Notes: generated from the sequence alone by a model not told the origin. DNA of 46,395 nt from Hyphomicrobiales bacterium (GCA_031431065.1 JANPCS010000269.1:1-46395); one strand, 5' to 3'; shown: positions 1 through 10,069, numbered from the stretch's first letter. Program-made: numbers and translations.

Positions 1-178
1 CGCCTTGGCCGAGGATCAGCCGGTAATTGCGCAAGCCGATCCACGGCCCGTCAATGCCGCGCACCATCTTGAAGCTGAACTCGAAGATGCGGACCAGCGG
101 ATAGCCGTAGACAAAGGCCAGCAGCGCCACCAGCGGCAGTACATAGAAATACGGCCGAAGGCGCTGCGCCGTCCTCAT
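1..178 (-). CDS. Carbohydrate ABC transporter permease, N-terminal part (runs off window edge)
   Basis: Own translation from ATG 178: MRTAQRLRPYFYVLPLVALLAFVYGYPLVRIFEFSF...WIGLRNY, a typical MalF/UgpA N-terminus; lies directly after the SBP gene. Confidence 0.85.
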   Translation of the reverse strand, partial: MRTAQRLRPYFYVLPLVALLAFVYGYPLVRIFEFSFKMVRGIDGPWIGLRNYRLILGQG

Positions 179-181
179 GCC

Positions 182-212
182 GCGCGCGGCTTGTCTGAAG
201 GGAGCCGCGCGC
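182..212. other. Stem-loop between SBP and permease genes
   Basis: GCGCGCGGCT-N11-AGCCGCGCGC perfect 10-bp inverted repeat, no U-tract. Confidence 0.6.
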
Positions 213-220
213 CTTGGCGG

Positions 221-1555
221 TTACATCTTCGCGAGGTCATCCGCCCACTTGCGATAGTTCTCCACCATGTCTGGGTTGAACTCCCGCCATTCCTTGGCGA
301 CGTCGGAGGCAAGTTCGCCCGCCTGTTCGCCAGTGATTTCACCGGCCACGATGCGTTGGCCGGTTGGAATGGCGGCGCGCTCGTACCACTGACCGGGCAC
401 CAGATTGGTGACGTTGGAAATGTTGGGAGAAAGCCCCCACTTCTGCCACATGCCGCGCACCGACTCGTCGGCGATGACACTGGCATCAAACGCCGTGTTG
501 GACGGCAGCCAGCCCGTCGTGTCCCAGAAGGCCTTCAGGCGTTCCGGTGAATTGAGATACTCAAGGAACGCCGCGGCCGCGGCCGGATCCTCGGCGTTGC
601 TCGAGATGCCGAGGCCCTGCATGTCGACGAGCGGAACGCCGGCGAGCTTGCCCTTGCCGAACACCGGCATGACCATGTAACCGATCTTGCCACCCGTCGC
701 CTTGCTGTCGGCGGGAAGCCGCGTGCCGATGGTTTGGCCGATGCCGAGTTTCCCTGCCACGACCAGATCGATGCCGGGATAGAGTTCGAGCGACGGCATA
801 TCCTTATTGAGAAAGCCCTTGGTCTTCAGCTCCTCAAGTTTTACCCAATGTTCATGATACTTGGGATCGCGGAAATCCTTGTCGCCGACAAACAGCTGTA
901 CCATCTCGCCGAAGTTATCGAGGTTCTGCACCAGGCCATGACTGATGTACCACTCGCTCCAATAGCCATCCTGAATGCCGCCGCCGATGGCCTCGGTGCC
1001 CGACGACTTCAGCTTGTCGCAGGCCACGAGCAGTTCATCCCAGGTCTTGGGGGGATTTTCCGGATCAAGCCCGGCCTTCTCGAACAGCACCTTGTTGTAG
1101 CACCAGAACATCGGCAGCGGATACCAGCCGAGCCTATAGATGTTGCCGCCGAAATGGCTGAGAATGGTGGGGTTCGAGGCCTTGATGATGTCGTCCTTGA
1201 CGAGGCCGTTCAGCGCTTTCACGTAGCCGAGCCAGACGCTCTCCATGTGATAGATGCCGTTCCAGAGATACTGAATGTCCGGCGCATTGCCGGCCGCCGC
1301 CGCGGTCTGGAACTGCGAGATCACCACGGCGGTATCCTGCAGCATGGATTTGACGCCCGCGTCCTTGTAGGCGGCAATCGAACCATCGACGAACTTCTGC
1401 AGGCCCGGCAACTCCTGTTCGCCCCACCACCACATGTCGAGGCTCTTGTCCTGCGCCCGCGCCGATGTGCCGCCGAGTGCCGCCGCAGCGGCACTCAGTG
1501 CCGAGGTCAGCACAAAGTCGCGGCGCGATAAGTTGAGTTTACTCGAAGTTGTCAT
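221..1555 (-). CDS. Carbohydrate ABC substrate-binding protein (Tat-exported)
   Basis: SRRDF twin-arginine signal, GNAPDI, YNKVLFEKAGLDPENPPKTWDEL SBP_bac_1-type motifs; start at MTTSS after GGAAGGA. Confidence 0.9.
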   Translation of the reverse strand: MTTSSKLNLSRRDFVLTSALSAAAAALGGTSARAQDKSLDMWWWGEQELPGLQKFVDGSIAAYKDAGVKSMLQDTAVVISQFQTAAAAGNAPDIQYLWNGIYHMESVWLGYVKALNGLVKDDIIKASNPTILSHFGGNIYRLGWYPLPMFWCYNKVLFEKAGLDPENPPKTWDELLVACDKLKSSGTEAIGGGIQDGYWSEWYISHGLVQNLDNFGEMVQLFVGDKDFRDPKYHEHWVKLEELKTKGFLNKDMPSLELYPGIDLVVAGKLGIGQTIGTRLPADSKATGGKIGYMVMPVFGKGKLAGVPLVDMQGLGISSNAEDPAAAAAFLEYLNSPERLKAFWDTTGWLPSNTAFDASVIADESVRGMWQKWGLSPNISNVTNLVPGQWYERAAIPTGQRIVAGEITGEQAGELASDVAKEWREFNPDMVENYRKWADDLAKM

Positions 1556-1582
1556 GTCGTTTCCTTCCCTGTTGTCCTGCAT

Positions 1583-2359
1583 TTAAAAGGTGCTCATCAG
1601 CCCGCCATCGACGGTCAGCAGCTGGCCCGTCATGTAGCGGCAATAGCCGGAGGCGAGAAATATCACCGTGCCGGAGACATCCTCGGGAGAACCGGTGCGT
1701 CCCAGCGGTATCTTGCGGCGGCCGACGTACCACTCCAGAAAATCGGGCGTCGATGCTTCATCGACGCCGTTGACGACCGACATCGGCGTCGCCATGAAGC
1801 CCGGCGCCACCGCATTGACCAGAATGTTGTAGCGGCCAAGCTCGACCGCCATCGACTTGGTGTAGGCGATGATACCGCCCTTTGCCGCGTTGTACGAACC
1901 GCAGTCGCCGCTCGACGCAAAGCCCTGAACTGAGGCGATATGAATGATGCGGCCGCCCTGTTGCTTCACCATCTGCGGCGCCACCAGCTTCGAACCCATG
2001 TAAACAGCTTCGAGATTGATGGCGATGTTTTGCCGCCATTGCTCCAGCGTGTCGTTGAGAATGGTGCGCGTCGCTGGGTTGATCGCGGCATTGTTGACAA
2101 GCACATCAATGCGCCCGAGCTTCAACGTTACCTCATCGACTATGGATGCAAAGCGTTCGTAGTCCGTCACATCGAGTTCAAAGGGATGCGCCCTGCCGCC
2201 GAGCGCCGCGATTTCAGCCGCAACCAATGCAAGCGTCCCGGCATGGCGTTCGAGGAGCACCACTTCAGCGCCTTCGCGCGCCATTTCGAGTGAGATCGAC
2301 CGCCCGAGCCCCTGGCCAGCGCCGGTCACGAGGCAGACCCTGCCGTCGAGCAATCTCAT
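1583..2359 (-). CDS. Classical SDR oxidoreductase
   Basis: TGAGQGLG, NNAA, YNAAK, MTGQLLTVDGG. Confidence 0.93.
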   Translation of the reverse strand: MRLLDGRVCLVTGAGQGLGRSISLEMAREGAEVVLLERHAGTLALVAAEIAALGGRAHPFELDVTDYERFASIVDEVTLKLGRIDVLVNNAAINPATRTILNDTLEQWRQNIAINLEAVYMGSKLVAPQMVKQQGGRIIHIASVQGFASSGDCGSYNAAKGGIIAYTKSMAVELGRYNILVNAVAPGFMATPMSVVNGVDEASTPDFLEWYVGRRKIPLGRTGSPEDVSGTVIFLASGYCRYMTGQLLTVDGGLMSTF

Positions 2360-2434
2360 GTCCCGTCCTTCGAGCCAGCCCTTCCGTCATCGCGCTTCCG
2401 AAATGCCGGACATTGATCTGAGGTACTGGAAGGC

Positions 2435-2462
2435 ACTATAGATGCGGCGGCAAGACCGTCAA
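2435..2462 (-). promoter_or_regulatory. Putative sigma70 promoter of the SDR-SBP-permease operon
   Basis: Minus strand TTGACG-N16-TATAGT, about 75 bp upstream of ATG 2359. Confidence 0.55.
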
Positions 2463-2503
2463 GCTTCATCACTTTTCACGCCAGCCCCGCAAGGCCATCG
2501 CAC

Positions 2504-2650
2504 ATGCCGGGCACGCTCGAACTCAAAAACATCGGACACATCTTCGATCATCCCGAAGCCGTCGCCTGGGGTCCGGATGGTTGCGTCTATGCGGGAGGTG
2601 AAGCAGGCCAGCTCTATCGCTTTGGCCTCGATGGCGAACCGCTTGTGACG
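2504..2650 (+). pseudogene. N-terminal fragment of an SMP-30/gluconolactonase-like beta-propeller
   Basis: FDHPEAVAWGPDGCVYAGGEAGQLYRF; similarity stops after about 47 aa where the convergent amidohydrolase 3' end lies. Confidence 0.65.
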
Positions 2651-2687
2651 CGCCGATATCTGGGACCGTCAGGCCTTCGGCGGCGCG

Positions 2688-4163
2688 TTACAAGCTGTTG
2701 GCCGATGCCCGGCGGTGTATCTCTGCGAACGAAGCGTGAAACACGGCGTTTCGGTCTTCATCGCGCCGTTGAGCGTCGAGAAAGGCCGGAGCGATTTCGC
2801 GGATCTCGGCGAGAATTTCGCCGCCATTTATCGTAACGAAGCGGCCGCGTTCGAACACCACCTCGCCGCCAACCATCACCTGTTCGATGGACGAACCGTT
2901 CTCGGCATAGACAAGATGATGCGGAATCCTGTTGCATGGCGTGAACGAGAGTGCATCGAGATTGAGGACGATGAGATCGGCAGCCTTGCCGGTCTCAAGC
3001 GAGCCGGTCACCTGGCCAAGGCCGGCACTGCGGGCCCCATTGATGGTTGCCATGTGCAGGACGTCAGTGGCGGAGAGCCATTCCGTGTGATGCATATCCG
3101 GCATTGAATGGATCAGTGCCGCAATACGCATGGCATCGAAGATCCGCACCGTGTCGTTGGAGGAGGCCCCGTCACTTCCCAGCGCAACGTTTACCCCCGC
3201 ATCCATTAGACGCCGGACCGGAGCGATACCCGAGCCAAGCTTGAGATTGGCGATCACATTGTGAACGACACTGACTCCCGCCCGCCCAAGCATGTCAATG
3301 TCAGCTTCGTCGAGCCAGACGCCGTGGGCAATCGCCGTGCCGGCCTGCAACAAACCAAGATCGTTCATGTAGGCAATCAGACTCCTGCCGTATTGCAGGT
3401 GTGCGGTGACGGCCTGCACCCGCGTTTCCAGCACATGGCTGTGATAGGGGATACCGCGATCCGTGGCAAAGTCGCGGCAAGCTTGCATGAGTTCCGGTGT
3501 GCAGCGCTGCGGCGCTGACGGCGCCACCATGAAGCTGATGCGGCCCTTGCGCCCGTGAAAGGCCCGATGCGCCGAGGTACAATAGTCGATGTAGTCGTGA
3601 GGCTTGATTGGCGGGCCGAAGGCCAGCAAGGCCTGAAGGTCCGCTGGCACCACGTCGCGCGCGAAGGGCAGCGCATCGAGCGGATGAATGTTCATGACAG
3701 CGCTCGAAACCGTGGCGCGAATGCCGATCTGCTCATAGGCCCGCACCGCCTCGCCGAGCCGCGCCAGATCGTGCTGCGGCGGATCGAAGAAATGATCGAC
3801 AATCGTCGTGACACCACTGCTGATCGATTCCATCGCCAGCAACATCGAGCGCAGATAGAGAATGCGTGGCAATGGCGAAAAAGCCCGCAGGAACGGATAG
3901 GCGTAAAGCAGCCACAGTTCGAGCGGCAGCTTCTCATAGCGCCCGCGCAGGAACATCTCGGCGGAATGGGTGTGGGCATTGATGAGGCCGGGCATCACCA
4001 GCTTGCCCGACGCATCAATGATTTCCGTTCCGGGCTGCACATCAAGCTTCGAACCGATCACCGCAATGCGTCCACCCTCGATCAGCAGGTCGCTGCTGAA
4101 CGGTTCGGCGCCATGGGCCTGATCCATGGCGATCACCGTGGCATTGCGGATCAGCTTGCGCAT
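2688..4163 (-). CDS. Metal-dependent amidohydrolase, deaminase-like (Atz/Trz/SAH/guanine deaminase group)
   Basis: PGLINAHTH (HxH), HSHVLET (HxxE), AHGVW, ALGSDG; start MRKLIRNA overlaps upstream stop (TGATG). Confidence 0.9.
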   Translation of the reverse strand: MRKLIRNATVIAMDQAHGAEPFSSDLLIEGGRIAVIGSKLDVQPGTEIIDASGKLVMPGLINAHTHSAEMFLRGRYEKLPLELWLLYAYPFLRAFSPLPRILYLRSMLLAMESISSGVTTIVDHFFDPPQHDLARLGEAVRAYEQIGIRATVSSAVMNIHPLDALPFARDVVPADLQALLAFGPPIKPHDYIDYCTSAHRAFHGRKGRISFMVAPSAPQRCTPELMQACRDFATDRGIPYHSHVLETRVQAVTAHLQYGRSLIAYMNDLGLLQAGTAIAHGVWLDEADIDMLGRAGVSVVHNVIANLKLGSGIAPVRRLMDAGVNVALGSDGASSNDTVRIFDAMRIAALIHSMPDMHHTEWLSATDVLHMATINGARSAGLGQVTGSLETGKAADLIVLNLDALSFTPCNRIPHHLVYAENGSSIEQVMVGGEVVFERGRFVTINGGEILAEIREIAPAFLDAQRRDEDRNAVFHASFAEIHRRASANSL

Positions 4164-5104
4164 CACGGCAGATTGGCGAGCGCCTGATTGAGAAGGTCGT
4201 AGAACACCGTGGTGTCGCCATCGCGCACATAGAACACATTGCGCGGCCGGCCGGTGATCTGCCACCAGTCGGCCACCGTCATGCCGAGCGTGAGAGCGCC
4301 AGAGAGCTCCACCGACACATTGATGTCGCGGCCGCTGAAGATGTCCGGACGCAACATGAAGGCCGGCACGCAAGGCGCGTGCAGCGGAGCACCATTCCAG
4401 CCATATTTCTTGAGATCGAAAGTTTCGGAAAACGCCAGCATCCCGGCGGTGGCGATGCCGCATCTGGATCCTGTGGCATGCATGGCGGCCAGCCGCTCCC
4501 GCGTCGACAGCATTTTGTGCGTCACGTCGAGCGGCAGCATGGTGATCTTGAGCCCTGAGCGCAGCACCACGTCGGCCGCTTCCGGATCAACGAAGACATT
4601 GAATTCCGCCGCCGCCGAAATGTTGCCCACTTCAAAATAAGCACCCGCCATCATCACCACTTCGGCAATGCGCTCGGCAATGTCGGGCGCCTTGACCAGC
4701 GCCATGGCAAGATTGGTCAGCGGCGAGAGCGAGCAGATGGCAATGGTCTTGGGCGGTGCTCCGCGCACCGTATCGATGATGAAATCGACACCATGTAGCG
4801 GCGACAACGGCATCGAGGGCTCCGGCAGTATCGGCCCATCAAGCCCGGTCGGCCCATGCACATGCGGCGCCATCACCAGTTCGCGCCGCATCGGCCTGGT
4901 GCAGCCAACGCACACCGGTATGTCGCGGCGATTGGCCAGTTCCAGCAGCTTGCGGCAATTCTTTTCCGTGAAAGACACGTCGATGTTGCCGGCCGCCGCC
5001 ACGATGCCCAGCACTTCGAAGGCATCAGGCCGCCCGAGAAACAGAAAGATCGCCGCCGCCTGATCCTGACCGGGATCGCTGGTGATGATGACCTTGCGGC
5101 TCAT
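4163..5104 (-). CDS. Nucleoside hydrolase (IUNH family) with atypical active site
   Basis: HVHGPTGL, PLTNLA, AEFNVFVDPEAA, LPLDVTH; N-terminal motif TSDPGQDQ and C-terminal LHAP deviate from DxDPGxDD and LHDP. Confidence 0.88.
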   Translation of the reverse strand: MSRKVIITSDPGQDQAAAIFLFLGRPDAFEVLGIVAAAGNIDVSFTEKNCRKLLELANRRDIPVCVGCTRPMRRELVMAPHVHGPTGLDGPILPEPSMPLSPLHGVDFIIDTVRGAPPKTIAICSLSPLTNLAMALVKAPDIAERIAEVVMMAGAYFEVGNISAAAEFNVFVDPEAADVVLRSGLKITMLPLDVTHKMLSTRERLAAMHATGSRCGIATAGMLAFSETFDLKKYGWNGAPLHAPCVPAFMLRPDIFSGRDINVSVELSGALTLGMTVADWWQITGRPRNVFYVRDGDTTVFYDLLNQALANLP

Positions 5105-5529
5105 GAACCCAGGTCTCCCACCGGCCCGCCCGCAAGCCAGGCATAAAGTTCCCAGGGTTCGCCATCGGGCCCGAGGAAATAACAGCAACGCGCGTTCCAC
5201 GGATAGTTGGCGGGCGGACCCTTGAACTCCACGCCCTTGGCCATCAGCTCGGCATGGCAGCGATCGACATCGGGAGGGCTCGGCAGTTCGACGGCGATCG
5301 CCGTGTTGTACAGGCCCTTGCCGTTCGCGGATTTGACGCCGGTGTGCTTGCCGATGTGGCCGGTCTCCCAGCAGGCGAGCGTCAGCCCGGCGCCCTTGAA
5401 ATCGGCAAAGCCCTCGGCCCGGCGGCGCAGCTTGAAGCCAAGGCGCTTGGTATAAAACTCGATCGACTGTTCGACGTCCGAAACCAGGATGCAGACATCG
5501 GTGATGGCGTGGCGCTGGGCAAATTCCAT
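5101..5529 (-). CDS. VOC/glyoxalase family protein
   Basis: VSDVEQSIEFYTKRLGF...YPWNARCCYFLGPDGEPWEL; RBS GAGGA before ATG 5529. Confidence 0.88.
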   Translation of the reverse strand: MEFAQRHAITDVCILVSDVEQSIEFYTKRLGFKLRRRAEGFADFKGAGLTLACWETGHIGKHTGVKSANGKGLYNTAIAVELPSPPDVDRCHAELMAKGVEFKGPPANYPWNARCCYFLGPDGEPWELYAWLAGGPVGDLGS

Positions 5530-5537
5530 GGTGGTCC

Positions 5538-6428
5538 TCAATAGTCGCGAAGTTCGGCCGAGCCCTGCACCTTGGCGCTGCCGCGCAGGTAGCCGCTGAT
5601 CCAGATGCCGGCGATGGTGGCGAGATAGGGCAACGCCAGCAGCAGGTCGGCCGGCACGCGGTTGCCAAACACCAGTTGCGCCCGGATGCCCAGGGCCCCG
5701 ACGATCGAAAAGAAACAAGCCGCCGCCGCCGAGCCCAGCGGATGACCGCCCCCGAAGATCACCGCCGCAAAACTCATGAAGCCGCGCCCCGCCGTCATGT
5801 TATATGCGAAAATCTGCAAGGTGCCGAGCGCCAGTTCAGCGCCACCGATGGCGCACAACACGCCACCCATCGTCAGGGCGATCAACCGCATGCGCGACGG
5901 ATCGATTCCGGCACTGCGCGCTGCAAAGGGATGTTCGCCACACGCCGCAAGTTGCAGTCCGAAACGCGTTCGCCGCAGCAAGTACCAGAAACCGAAGACG
6001 ACGATTGGCATCGCCAGCACGAAGATCGATAGCACCGAGAATGACCCGAAGCCCTCACCCAGGCGTGGCAATCCGAAAGGTGCGGTCACCGCCGCCTGGC
6101 TGCCATAGATCGATTGCACGGCAAGGTCGGTGCCACCCAGTCCCAGGCCGGTAAGGCCAAGGCCGGCGATAATCGGATTGGCTTTCAGCTTCTCGATCAC
6201 GAACCACAGCAGCACCGACATCGCCACACACACGATGACAGCGAGCAGCATGGCAATGACCAGCGAGCCGGTATGGGCGACGCCAAGAACGGCAGCACAG
6301 GCCCCGGCAATCATCTGCCCTTCGAGGCCGAGGTTCCACAATCCCGAGCGCTGCGCCAACACACCCGCCAGCGTCACATAGATCAAGGGCGTGGCCGAAC
6401 GCAGAATGGCGACGATCACGTCTTCCAT
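5538..6428 (-). CDS. Nucleoside-type ABC transporter permease
   Basis: RSGLWNLGLEGQM, RTRFGLQLAACGEHPFAARSAGI, MTAGRGF. Confidence 0.9.
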   Translation of the reverse strand: MEDVIVAILRSATPLIYVTLAGVLAQRSGLWNLGLEGQMIAGACAAVLGVAHTGSLVIAMLLAVIVCVAMSVLLWFVIEKLKANPIIAGLGLTGLGLGGTDLAVQSIYGSQAAVTAPFGLPRLGEGFGSFSVLSIFVLAMPIVVFGFWYLLRRTRFGLQLAACGEHPFAARSAGIDPSRMRLIALTMGGVLCAIGGAELALGTLQIFAYNMTAGRGFMSFAAVIFGGGHPLGSAAAACFFSIVGALGIRAQLVFGNRVPADLLLALPYLATIAGIWISGYLRGSAKVQGSAELRDY

Positions 6429-7462
6429 GCAAACCACCTCGCAGGTCTGGCCAGGAACCGGAACACATCGGCCTTGGCCGTGATGAACAAAGCAATGGCC
6501 GCGTTGATGATGTCGATGGCCGCCGCCGGAAGGCCGGCCAAAACCGGCAGATAAAGAGCCGCCGAAGCCAGTCCCCCGAACAACAGGGCGACGAAGGCGA
6601 TGGCGGCGATCGACAGGTTCGAAACCAACGCAATCAGGATCGCCGTGAAGCCATGCGTCGGCAGGAAACCGCTGACCAGCCGGCCATTGGGTCCGAACAC
6701 TTCGATAGCGCCCGAAAGCCCGGCCAATGCCCCACTCAATAAGAAGGCCGCGAGACCCAGGCGGTTGAGTTTGCCGCCCTGCCACACGATCATCACCGGA
6801 TTGCGCCCGGCGATGCTGGAGAGCACGCCATAGCTGGTGCGGTTGACCAGGAACCAGGCGGCGATGCCGGTCATCACCGTCATGGCAACGATCGGAAACG
6901 ACAGGCCAACCGACGTGCTGATCCTGTACATGGCGGCCAGCGGCTTGCTCGAGCTGACTTGGCCCGTGCCCGATGGATCCTTGAGTATGCCCGAGGTGAA
7001 ATAGATCAATAGAAGCGATGCGATGAAATTTGCCATCAGCGTGGTGATGACTTCATCAGCCCCCCACTTGACGCGCAGGATACCCGGCCACCACGCCCAC
7101 AGCGCACCACACAGGATTCCGGCAGCGAACGATGTTGGGATTAAAATCCAAGGTGGTGCGCCATTGAGGAAATGGGCGGCGAAGGTGGCGCCGATTGCGC
7201 CCAGGTAGAGTTGACCCTGAGCGCCGATGTTGAAATAGCCGCAGCGGAACGAGATCGCCACGCCCGTCGCCGTGATGAACAGCGGCATGCCCCAGCGCAG
7301 GCTCTGCTTCCAGGCGCCGGGATGCAGGAAGGCGCCTTCGGCAATGCTGCGGAACATCAGCACGGCGGAATAGCCCGCCAGCTCGAAGACGATGCCGCAC
7401 AGCACCAGTCCGAACAGCACGAAAACGGCGGCACGGGTGACAAGGTGGAAGCGTGGGTTCAT
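6416..7462 (-). CDS. Nucleoside-type ABC transporter permease
   Basis: FRCGYFNIGAQGQ, DEVITTLMANFIA, highly hydrophobic. Confidence 0.9.
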   Translation of the reverse strand: MNPRFHLVTRAAVFVLFGLVLCGIVFELAGYSAVLMFRSIAEGAFLHPGAWKQSLRWGMPLFITATGVAISFRCGYFNIGAQGQLYLGAIGATFAAHFLNGAPPWILIPTSFAAGILCGALWAWWPGILRVKWGADEVITTLMANFIASLLLIYFTSGILKDPSGTGQVSSSKPLAAMYRISTSVGLSFPIVAMTVMTGIAAWFLVNRTSYGVLSSIAGRNPVMIVWQGGKLNRLGLAAFLLSGALAGLSGAIEVFGPNGRLVSGFLPTHGFTAILIALVSNLSIAAIAFVALLFGGLASAALYLPVLAGLPAAAIDIINAAIALFITAKADVFRFLARPARWFAWKT

Positions 7463-9012
7463 TGCTGCACGCCCGTCATGGCCGCACCCACGGCAGGTAA
7501 ACCATAAGGTGGTTCGAACACCCCGCTGATCCGCCCCGAAAGCATGACGGCGATGCGGTCGCTGATATCGAAGAGCTCATCGAGATCGGAGGAAATGAGA
7601 ATGATCGCGCAGCCGCGATCGCGCGCCTTGCGCAGCGCCGCCCAGACGAATTCGGTGGCCCCGACATCCAGCCCGCGGGTTGGCTGGGCCGCAATGATCA
7701 GCCGCGCCTCTTCATCGATCTCGCGGGCGAGGATCACCTTCTGCGCATTGCCGCCGGAGAGCGAAGCGGCGCGTTGCCCGGTGTCGCTAAAGCGCACATC
7801 CCAATTGCGTAGAGCGTCGTTGCAGGAAGCTTTCAATGCTCCTGGGTTGATGAAGCTCAGCGCTCGTTGTTGCAGCAACTGGCGCACCGACCAGTTCTCC
7901 CACAGCGAACTCGAGAGACTGAGACCCTCGGAATTGCGCTCGAAGGGAATGACCCTCAAGCCCGCCGCACGGCGCTCGGCCAGCGGCAGATGATCGATGG
8001 CGTTTCCGGATAATGTGATCTTGCCACTCGTGCTTGGTGCCAGTGCCGATAGCACCTGCACCAGTGTCTTCTGGCCATTGCCCTCGACCCCGGCAATGCC
8101 GAGGATTTCACCCTGACGCACATCGAGCGAAATATCATGCAGCGCCGGTCCATCGGATGCACCGGCACTCGAAACGCCCTCGAGCGACAGCAGCACCGGG
8201 GCCGCGGTCCGCGTGCTCCGCGCCGTGGCAGGTGATTTGCCAAGGCCGACGGCGGCAGCCCGGCCGGCTTCGGGTGCCGTATCGCCGCTGCCGACGATCA
8301 GGCCGGCAATCCGTTTGGGAGTAAGCTGCACCACCGGCGTAGGGCCGGCAACCAGCAGCCCGCCACGCAGCACCGTGACTGTATCGGCAATCGCCATGAC
8401 CTCGCGGATCTTGTGCAGGATCAGCACCACGGTCACGCCACGCGCTTTGAGTCTGCGCACCCGCTGGAACAGCCGCTCCGTGCCGCTGGGCGAGAGCACG
8501 GCGGTTGGTTCATCGAGGATGAGCAGCCGCGCCTCGGTGACCAGCGCCCGGGCGATCTCGACGCTCTGCTGGGTTTCCACTGGCAGGTCGCGCACCCGCT
8601 GCCGAGGCGCCGCGGTGATGCCGAGGTCATTGAGGTGCTGTTGCCACTTCGCCTCAAGAGACGGCCGCGTGTAGAGGCTGCCCTTGCCGCTGGCGCCGAA
8701 TTCCATCGCCTCGGCAATCGTGAAGGACGGCGGCAGTGCAAAGCTCTGGTGTACCAACTCGACACCTGCGGCACGTGCCGCCTGCACCTTGCCGGTTCCC
8801 AGTTCCGTGCCGAACACCGATACGGAACCCGACTCCGGTTTCACCAGGCCGGAGACAGCGCGGGCAAAGGTTGTCTTGCCCGCGCCGTTCTGTCCCACCA
8901 CGGCGTGAATCAATCCCGGTTCGAAACTGGCGCTGACGCCCGCCAGCGCTTTCACATCGCCGTAGGAAACGGAGATGTCGTGGCACGAGAGAGCGGCAAC
9001 GCCTGTCGTCAT
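7459..9012 (-). CDS. ABC ATPase with two NBDs (nucleoside/sugar CUT2 type)
   Basis: GQNGAGKT, LILDEPT, GVEGNGQ, LSGGNAQK, QPTRGLDVGA. Confidence 0.93.
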   Translation of the reverse strand: MTTGVAALSCHDISVSYGDVKALAGVSASFEPGLIHAVVGQNGAGKTTFARAVSGLVKPESGSVSVFGTELGTGKVQAARAAGVELVHQSFALPPSFTIAEAMEFGASGKGSLYTRPSLEAKWQQHLNDLGITAAPRQRVRDLPVETQQSVEIARALVTEARLLILDEPTAVLSPSGTERLFQRVRRLKARGVTVVLILHKIREVMAIADTVTVLRGGLLVAGPTPVVQLTPKRIAGLIVGSGDTAPEAGRAAAVGLGKSPATARSTRTAAPVLLSLEGVSSAGASDGPALHDISLDVRQGEILGIAGVEGNGQKTLVQVLSALAPSTSGKITLSGNAIDHLPLAERRAAGLRVIPFERNSEGLSLSSSLWENWSVRQLLQQRALSFINPGALKASCNDALRNWDVRFSDTGQRAASLSGGNAQKVILAREIDEEARLIIAAQPTRGLDVGATEFVWAALRKARDRGCAIILISSDLDELFDISDRIAVMLSGRISGVFEPPYGLPAVGAAMTGVQQ

Positions 9013-9016
9013 CGGA

Positions 9017-10069
9017 TCAGAGTGTGGTGTTGAAGGGAACCTTGAGGGTTCCCGACATGATGCCGGCTTTCGCCTTCTCGATCTCCGGCCACACGGCCTG
9101 GGCTTTTTTCACCAGCTCCGGCGGACCTTTTTCAACCCATACCGGCGACAGCACGAAGTCGATCACCCCGGTACCAAGACCGGTCTTGGTGTGGCCGCCC
9201 TTGAAGTCCGGACCCATTGCCTTGGACACCTCATTATAGAGCGATTGTCCGAAATCCAGCCGTACAAGTGCGGCAACCGTCGAGGGGCCGATCGCAAATT
9301 GCGCCGGGTCGATGGCGCTTACCATGCGATTCTGGCCTTCATTGGCAGCCTGGATGATGCCGGTATCGGTCGCCGCCGAGTCAGTCTGGATATAGTCGAT
9401 GCCATCCTGATACATCTGGGTGGCGATCTCGTGGCCCTTGGCCGGGTCCTGGAAGGAACCGGCGAAAGCGCCAGTCACCGTGCCCGCCGGATTGGTCGCG
9501 GCGACTGCTGCCTTCAAGGCGTTGAGGTCGGCATTGAGGCCGGGGATCGAGATGCCGCCGATATAGCCGATCTTGCCGGTGTTCGAGACCTTGGAGGCGA
9601 AAATGCCAGAGAGATAGCAGCCGAGATAATAGTCGTACTCGACGGTCACCACGTTCGGCATTGGCGGATCGAAGGGATCGCCATAGATCTGGATCCACCT
9701 GGTATTGGGATATTCCGGCGCCAGCGCCTTGAAGGGTTCGGCCACTTCATTGAACGTCGAGGCGATGACGGCAGCGCCGGCATCGGCCAGGCTGCGGAAT
9801 ACCGATTCATAAGTCGCTGCGTCTTGCGCATAAATAGCGCGCATCTCAAAGCCCTGCTCGCCGGAGAGTTTTTTCAACGCGGCGATCATCGAGTCGACGG
9901 GACCTGCGTCACCCGCCGCCTGGGTATGAACCAAAGCCACCAGCCCGCCGGCCGCCTTGGCTTCGGCCGTGATCAGCGGACCCACCACGCCGATGGCGGC
10001 AGCGCCCGCCACGCCCTTCAGAAAGTCGCGGCGGCTGGAGCCGATGGAAATCTCGCGTGAACCTGTCAT
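9017..10069 (-). CDS. BMP/PnrA family substrate-binding protein (Tat signal)
   Basis: SRRDFLK signal; KIGYIGG, GSFQDPAKGHEIA BMP motifs. Confidence 0.88.
   Translation of the reverse strand: MTGSREISIGSSRRDFLKGVAGAAAIGVVGPLITAEAKAAGGLVALVHTQAAGDAGPVDSMIAALKKLSGEQGFEMRAIYAQDAATYESVFRSLADAGAAVIASTFNEVAEPFKALAPEYPNTRWIQIYGDPFDPPMPNVVTVEYDYYLGCYLSGIFASKVSNTGKIGYIGGISIPGLNADLNALKAAVAATNPAGTVTGAFAGSFQDPAKGHEIATQMYQDGIDYIQTDSAATDTGIIQAANEGQNRMVSAIDPAQFAIGPSTVAALVRLDFGQSLYNEVSKAMGPDFKGGHTKTGLGTGVIDFVLSPVWVEKGPPELVKKAQAVWPEIEKAKAGIMSGTLKVPFNTTL

Noticed and set aside
2385-2440. Possible 3' gene remnant (YSAFQYLRSMSGISEAR*) upstream of the SDR
   Set aside because: Better explained as promoter and 5' UTR (TTGACG-N16-TATAGT)
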